A stretch of DNA of 64,000 nucleotides. Source: a virus. Its lineage: Duplodnaviria; Caudoviricetes. The DNA is taken from IMG/VR virus record IMGVR_UViG_3300035208_007487. The stretch is one strand, 5' to 3'. This document shows positions 60,338 through 64,000 of the stretch, in pieces. The notes beneath the pieces were generated by a model. The model was not told where the DNA came from. It was given only the letters and a program-made list of their open reading frames with translations, and ran no database searches. Each line of letters opens with the position of its first letter. Position 1 is the first letter of the stretch. Made by a program: the position numbers and the translations under genes.

Positions 60338-60662
60338 CGAGCTATTTAATTGGTGGGACTCATATATTTCAACAGAGGCATCTTCAATTAATAAAAATGA
60401 AATAATTGATGGAGAATCAATTAAATTAGATTTATTAGGTGCTAAAAAAGAGAATATATCCGTAGATGTTAGTGGGCAAATAATAACAGTAAAATCTACT
60501 AAGAAAAATATATATGGGCAAAATACTAAATTTGAAAGAACATATCAACTAGACGAAAAATATGATACTAAATCCCTTAAAGCCAAATATGAAGATGGAA
60601 TATTAACTATTTCAGCCGATGTAAAAGAATCGCGAAAACCTAGAAAAATAGAAATAGATTAA
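60321..60662 (+). CDS. Small heat shock protein (Hsp20/alpha-crystallin)
   Basis: LDLLGAKKENISVDV...FERTYQL...LKAKYEDGILTI...RKIEI. Confidence 0.92.
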   Translation: METRINELFNWWDSYISTEASSINKNEIIDGESIKLDLLGAKKENISVDVSGQIITVKSTKKNIYGQNTKFERTYQLDEKYDTKSLKAKYEDGILTISADVKESRKPRKIEID

Positions 60663-60667
60663 ATTTT

Positions 60668-60693
60668 AAAAGGCCCAATTAATGGGCCTTTTT
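60668..60693. terminator. Bidirectional rho-independent terminator
   Basis: AAAAGGCCCA-ATTAA-TGGGCCTTTT between convergent genes. Confidence 0.85.
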
Positions 60694-60694
60694 G

Positions 60695-62029
60695 TTATAC
60701 TATATTATTCTGTTTAACTTTGCCATCACCTTTAATATTAAATATTTCATTAGTTAATCCAACTAAATGTTTACATAAAGCTGGGATATAATTTGGATTT
60801 GTTTGATCTGATGGTAATGTATAATTAATTGGATATCCATCTTTAGTTCCTCGTCTAGTTACTGCACCGGCCAATGATTTATTTCTCATATTAGCAAAAG
60901 CCAAGTAATAGATAAATGACTTGCAATCGCATCTAACTTCACATGGAAGATCTACACTCCATTCTTGAGTTAATCTTTGTCTTCTTAATTGAATCCATTG
61001 TGAATAATAGTCATGTTTGGTTGGATCTTCAGATGTACACATTGAAGTAATAGATGCTTGTAAATATTTTAAGTCTGGGTGCAATGAATTAGCTTTAATT
61101 GAATTAAAAGTTACTGCTACATTAGTTGAAGTACCTCTACTAGGAAATACTTTAAAGAAATTATTATATAATGTTCTTAAATGTTTTTCTTTTTTCCAAT
61201 CATAGCTTACTTGAGGTTCTTCCTTTTTTTCAGAAGCAGGTAAAGTTTTACTAGATGGCAAAGTTGGTGCAATTGGTTTAGGTTGTTTAGCTGGAACAGG
61301 CTCTTCAATTGGAGAGGAAGGTACTTTAGGGGCGTTTAGAGGGGAAGTAATTGGTTGTTCGGTTGGTTCTTCAATAGGTTGTTCCGGCTCGTTTAAATCG
61401 TCCAGAGACGGGGGCTCTTCATTATTTGTTACATTAAATTCAGGCGGAATTTCAGCATCAGGCTCATTTAAATCATCTAGATTCTTATCATCATCATCAT
61501 TTGGATTTTTTCTATTGGTTGCTTCTAGCATAATATTACGTCTAAAAGCAGATTCTAATAATGCATTAACTTCTTCAATAGTTTCTGCACCTAAATCATT
61601 GCAAACTTCTTGTAAATCTTCTTCACTGAAAGTATGATCAATATTTGTTGGCTTATTTTCTTCAAAAAATTTCCATTTTGTTTCATAAAATTTAGGCCAA
61701 TCTCCATCAGCAATAACAATATTATATTTTTTGCATAATTCACTTAATTCAGGTGAAGCAAAATATGCAAAAATAGAATAATCTTTTAGTTTAATCATTT
61801 TTTTAATATATAAATTATTAGCATTACCTTTTCCGTAATACTTATTAGCTTCATCTAATTTAGAAACTTCAGATTCAGGTATTGAATATAATTCACCAAT
61901 AACTGTTCCAGACTCTTCAGTTATAGCTGGATCACCATATGGAGATTGATATAATTTATATGGTAATTTAATTTTTTTACCAGATAAACTTTCTAAAGGT
62001 TTATATAAAAAAAACAATACATTGTTCAT
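60695..62029 (-). CDS. GGCT/AIG2-like domain, Pro/Glu-rich linker and SWIM zinc finger protein
   Basis: KLYQSPYGDPAI...VIGELYSI...LDEAN...IADGDW; CEVRCDCKSFIYY...LCKHL. Confidence 0.65.
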   Translation of the reverse strand: MNNVLFFLYKPLESLSGKKIKLPYKLYQSPYGDPAITEESGTVIGELYSIPESEVSKLDEANKYYGKGNANNLYIKKMIKLKDYSIFAYFASPELSELCKKYNIVIADGDWPKFYETKWKFFEENKPTNIDHTFSEEDLQEVCNDLGAETIEEVNALLESAFRRNIMLEATNRKNPNDDDDKNLDDLNEPDAEIPPEFNVTNNEEPPSLDDLNEPEQPIEEPTEQPITSPLNAPKVPSSPIEEPVPAKQPKPIAPTLPSSKTLPASEKKEEPQVSYDWKKEKHLRTLYNNFFKVFPSRGTSTNVAVTFNSIKANSLHPDLKYLQASITSMCTSEDPTKHDYYSQWIQLRRQRLTQEWSVDLPCEVRCDCKSFIYYLAFANMRNKSLAGAVTRRGTKDGYPINYTLPSDQTNPNYIPALCKHLVGLTNEIFNIKGDGKVKQNNIV

Positions 62030-62054
62030 ATGTATTATTTAGATATAAATTTTA

Positions 62055-62522
62055 TTACCACTTCTTAGCAAATGCGGTGACAATAGTATTAATCATCTGA
62101 AAATTACCTGAAATAAATATCAAAATTATTATGACTAATATAACAGCGGTATCTATTTTTGTGAACTTTTTAAAAAGTGAAGAAGTGCTATTATTGTTAC
62201 TATTATTATCTATATTTTTTGATAATAATTCCATCATTTTGTTATTAGTTTCTTTATTAGAAGCTTCAACTCCTCTTAAACGATATTCATGATCACTAAT
62301 TTTATCTTTAATACTATCAAAATTCTTAGCACTATTCTCTACATACTCATTAATCTTTTTTTCTAAAGTATTATAATTATTATCCATCATATCTACTAAT
62401 CTATTATAATTAATATCAGTGCGCTCTTCTAATTTAGTATAACTAGCATCAAATTTGCCTTCTAATCTTTTCATCCACTCTATTAGCATGTCTTCCTGGA
62501 TATTGCTATTATTTGGTGCCAT
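62055..62522 (-). CDS. Coiled-coil protein with C-terminal TM helix (holin/lysis-accessory candidate)
   Basis: DHEYRLRGVE coiled coil followed by TAVILVIIILIFISG. Confidence 0.55.
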   Translation of the reverse strand: MAPNNSNIQEDMLIEWMKRLEGKFDASYTKLEERTDINYNRLVDMMDNNYNTLEKKINEYVENSAKNFDSIKDKISDHEYRLRGVEASNKETNNKMMELLSKNIDNNSNNNSTSSLFKKFTKIDTAVILVIIILIFISGNFQMINTIVTAFAKKW

Positions 62523-62573
62523 ATTTTATATTTATAAAGTAGAGCTAATAATTAAAAAAATTAATTATTCAGA

Positions 62574-62759
62574 TTAACTTATTTTCCCATCTTGTATCCA
62601 ACGAGAGATCGCACCAAAAAATCCTAAGATATCTATTGATCCAAATAACATAATAATAGTTCGTAATTGGCTATTTTCCCAAGCTGAAGTCCAAATAGAT
62701 ATTACTATGAATATTAAAAAGATTATTCCAGTTATTAATGCTATTTTTGGATTATTCAT
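62574..62759 (-). CDS. Small two-TM membrane protein
   Basis: IALITGIIFLIFIVISIW and IIMLFGSIDILGFFGAI; TAAATA-N6-ATG. Confidence 0.6.
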   Translation of the reverse strand: MNNPKIALITGIIFLIFIVISIWTSAWENSQLRTIIMLFGSIDILGFFGAISRWIQDGKIS

Positions 62760-62771
62760 AGCAACTATTTA

Positions 62772-63392
62772 TTATCCAAGCACTTTTTTCTTGAACATTT
62801 CAAATGGAATTTTAAACATAGTCGGAATATCTATTTTAGCAATTCCACTTTCTAATAACCATTTATAATAACTTTTATTAGCAAAAAAATATTTAATTGC
62901 ATCTCCAGTGTCATTATATTGAAACTTAACACCGCCATCTGATTGTATTTCCATAGGAATCCCTCCAAATACAGATGGATCAATTGTTTTAAACATTAAT
63001 TTAACTAAGAAAGCGGGAGGTGTAATGAATTTGAAATTACTCATTTTAGCTACGATATTTTTAGAAGCCATGCCCCATATTGGTTTATGCTCAGAATCTA
63101 TTAATTCTTGCATACCTCTCATAGCTGAAATTGGAGATCCCGCAACTCCAGTTAATTTAATTGGGCCACTTCTTTGTGGTCTAGTTGCAACGAATCCTTT
63201 ATTCTTATCGCCATAAAATTCCCATAGTTTAGCTCTATCGAAAAACTTAGATTCAGTCCAAGATGAACCAGTTGATCTTTCATAAGATGTTTTAAAGATC
63301 TCAAACACCTTATTAAGTTCATTTTGATCTAAATCGTTTACTGTAAATCGCTCTTCGTATAAAAAACCATTATATTCAATTAAAGCGCTCAT
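62772..63392 (-). CDS. Hypothetical protein, candidate internal virion protein
   Basis: 206 aa; N-terminus LIEYNGFLYEE; TATAAATA-N6-ATG. Confidence 0.65.
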   Translation of the reverse strand: MSALIEYNGFLYEERFTVNDLDQNELNKVFEIFKTSYERSTGSSWTESKFFDRAKLWEFYGDKNKGFVATRPQRSGPIKLTGVAGSPISAMRGMQELIDSEHKPIWGMASKNIVAKMSNFKFITPPAFLVKLMFKTIDPSVFGGIPMEIQSDGGVKFQYNDTGDAIKYFFANKSYYKWLLESGIAKIDIPTMFKIPFEMFKKKVLG

Positions 63393-63401
63393 ATTTATTA
63401 T

Positions 63402-63854
63402 TTATAAATTAGCAATATAATCTCTAATTAATTGGATACTCTTTTCAAACCCTGGATGCAATGGTCGTGGGAATTTCCCAAATGGATTAATCCAAATAAA
63501 ATCATCATTTTCCCAATTTAAAATAGGAGTAAACTCATGATCTACAATAGCCAAATAGGTAGTATATTTAAAGGAATTCTCTTTATATTCACATATTTTA
63601 TCTAACTCATATTTTTCATCATATTGAAGTTCCTCTGAGACTTCGCGTCTAAGAGCCTCTTCAAGCTCTTCTCCATCTTCTACCTTCCCACCAACGCTAC
63701 TCCAGCAATGAGGCTTTCTAACCCGCTGTGAGCGGTAAACAAGGCATATTTTACCACTATCCTTAGCATAGAAAATACACCCAACTGCATTTAATCCATA
63801 ATTTAATAATTCTTCATAAATTGCATTATTATATAATAGCTTATACCGATTCAT
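63402..63854 (-). CDS. Nudix hydrolase
   Basis: Nudix box GKVEDGEELEEALRREVSEEL; LNWENDDFIW; PLHPG. Confidence 0.92.
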   Translation of the reverse strand: MNRYKLLYNNAIYEELLNYGLNAVGCIFYAKDSGKICLVYRSQRVRKPHCWSSVGGKVEDGEELEEALRREVSEELQYDEKYELDKICEYKENSFKYTTYLAIVDHEFTPILNWENDDFIWINPFGKFPRPLHPGFEKSIQLIRDYIANL

Positions 63855-64000
63855 TAAACTCCTTAATATATTTACTTTGAAGTTTAAATTCTTGTTTCAG
63901 CGACGAGCACTGCTCCGTTAAGAACTGTAATCTCTCATCTCCGCAAGCGTAACTTTGCGTGGAACTCACGCTAGACTCACCTCTTGCGAGGCTTGTAATA
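63841..64000 (-). mobile_element. 3' end of a TnpB-like gene (IS607/IS605 family) with overlapping structured omegaRNA-like region (partial)
   Basis: Minus frame ...SVSSTQSYACGDERLQFLTEQCSSLKQE... resembles TnpB C-terminal tails; GC higher than the rest of the window; hairpins CCTC-GCAA-GAGG, CGCAA/TTGCG, GAGC/GCTC. Confidence 0.6.

Noticed and set aside
1930-63216. Other short ORFs nested within or antisense to long genes (e.g. 1930, 4602, 7222, 11320, 20915, 23792, 31417, 41419, 43584, 50750, 56509, 61017, 63025)
   Set aside because: Fully overlap well-supported genes, show no recognisable motifs and lack TAAATA/SD signals
1-64000. Stop-codon reassignment (alternative genetic code)
   Set aside because: Core genes are full length under code 11, coding density is high, and TAG (51665) and TGA (50085) end genes at plausible positions
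1-64000. CRISPR array, tRNA or rRNA genes
   Set aside because: No regularly spaced direct repeats or cloverleaf motifs seen; intergenic gaps are mostly under 100 bp

Overview
AT-rich window from a large, divergent T4-like contractile-tailed phage (probably a jumbo phage). It covers the virion morphogenesis region: head (gp20 portal, gp21 protease, gp22 scaffold, gp23 capsid, plus an uncalled gp67-like ORF), neck (gp13, gp14), tail (gp15, gp3, gp18, gp19 and tube paralogues, tape measure, gp26/gp51-like chaperones), baseplate (gp6, gp7-, gp25-, gp27-, gp53-, gp5-like) and an intein-containing large terminase. Accessory genes include a RuvC-like resolvase, a divergent RpoD-type sigma factor, a pesticin-type muramidase, Hsp20, Nudix and HNH-AP2 proteins, and the 3' end of a TnpB-like gene at the right edge. 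Main observations: (i) about 24 genes each have a TAAATA box 5-9 nt (mostly 6-7) before the ATG with no Shine-Dalgarno (SD), suggesting gene-by-gene leaderless late transcription, while capsid, sheath and tube genes keep leaders with SD; a divergent sigma70 with an altered -35 recognition helix is a candidate reader; (ii) a nuclease-less TerL ATPase paralogue with a Walker B D->N change sits next to the real TerL; (iii) the TerL intein ends in Phe-Gln; (iv) a candidate +1 frameshift lies in the tail chaperone before the tape measure; (v) an anti-SD hairpin covers the capsid leader; (vi) three unrelated proteins share an N-terminal motif that may target them to the capsid; (vii) there are several apparent pseudo-enzymes. 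All calls are from motif recognition by eye; no searches were run.
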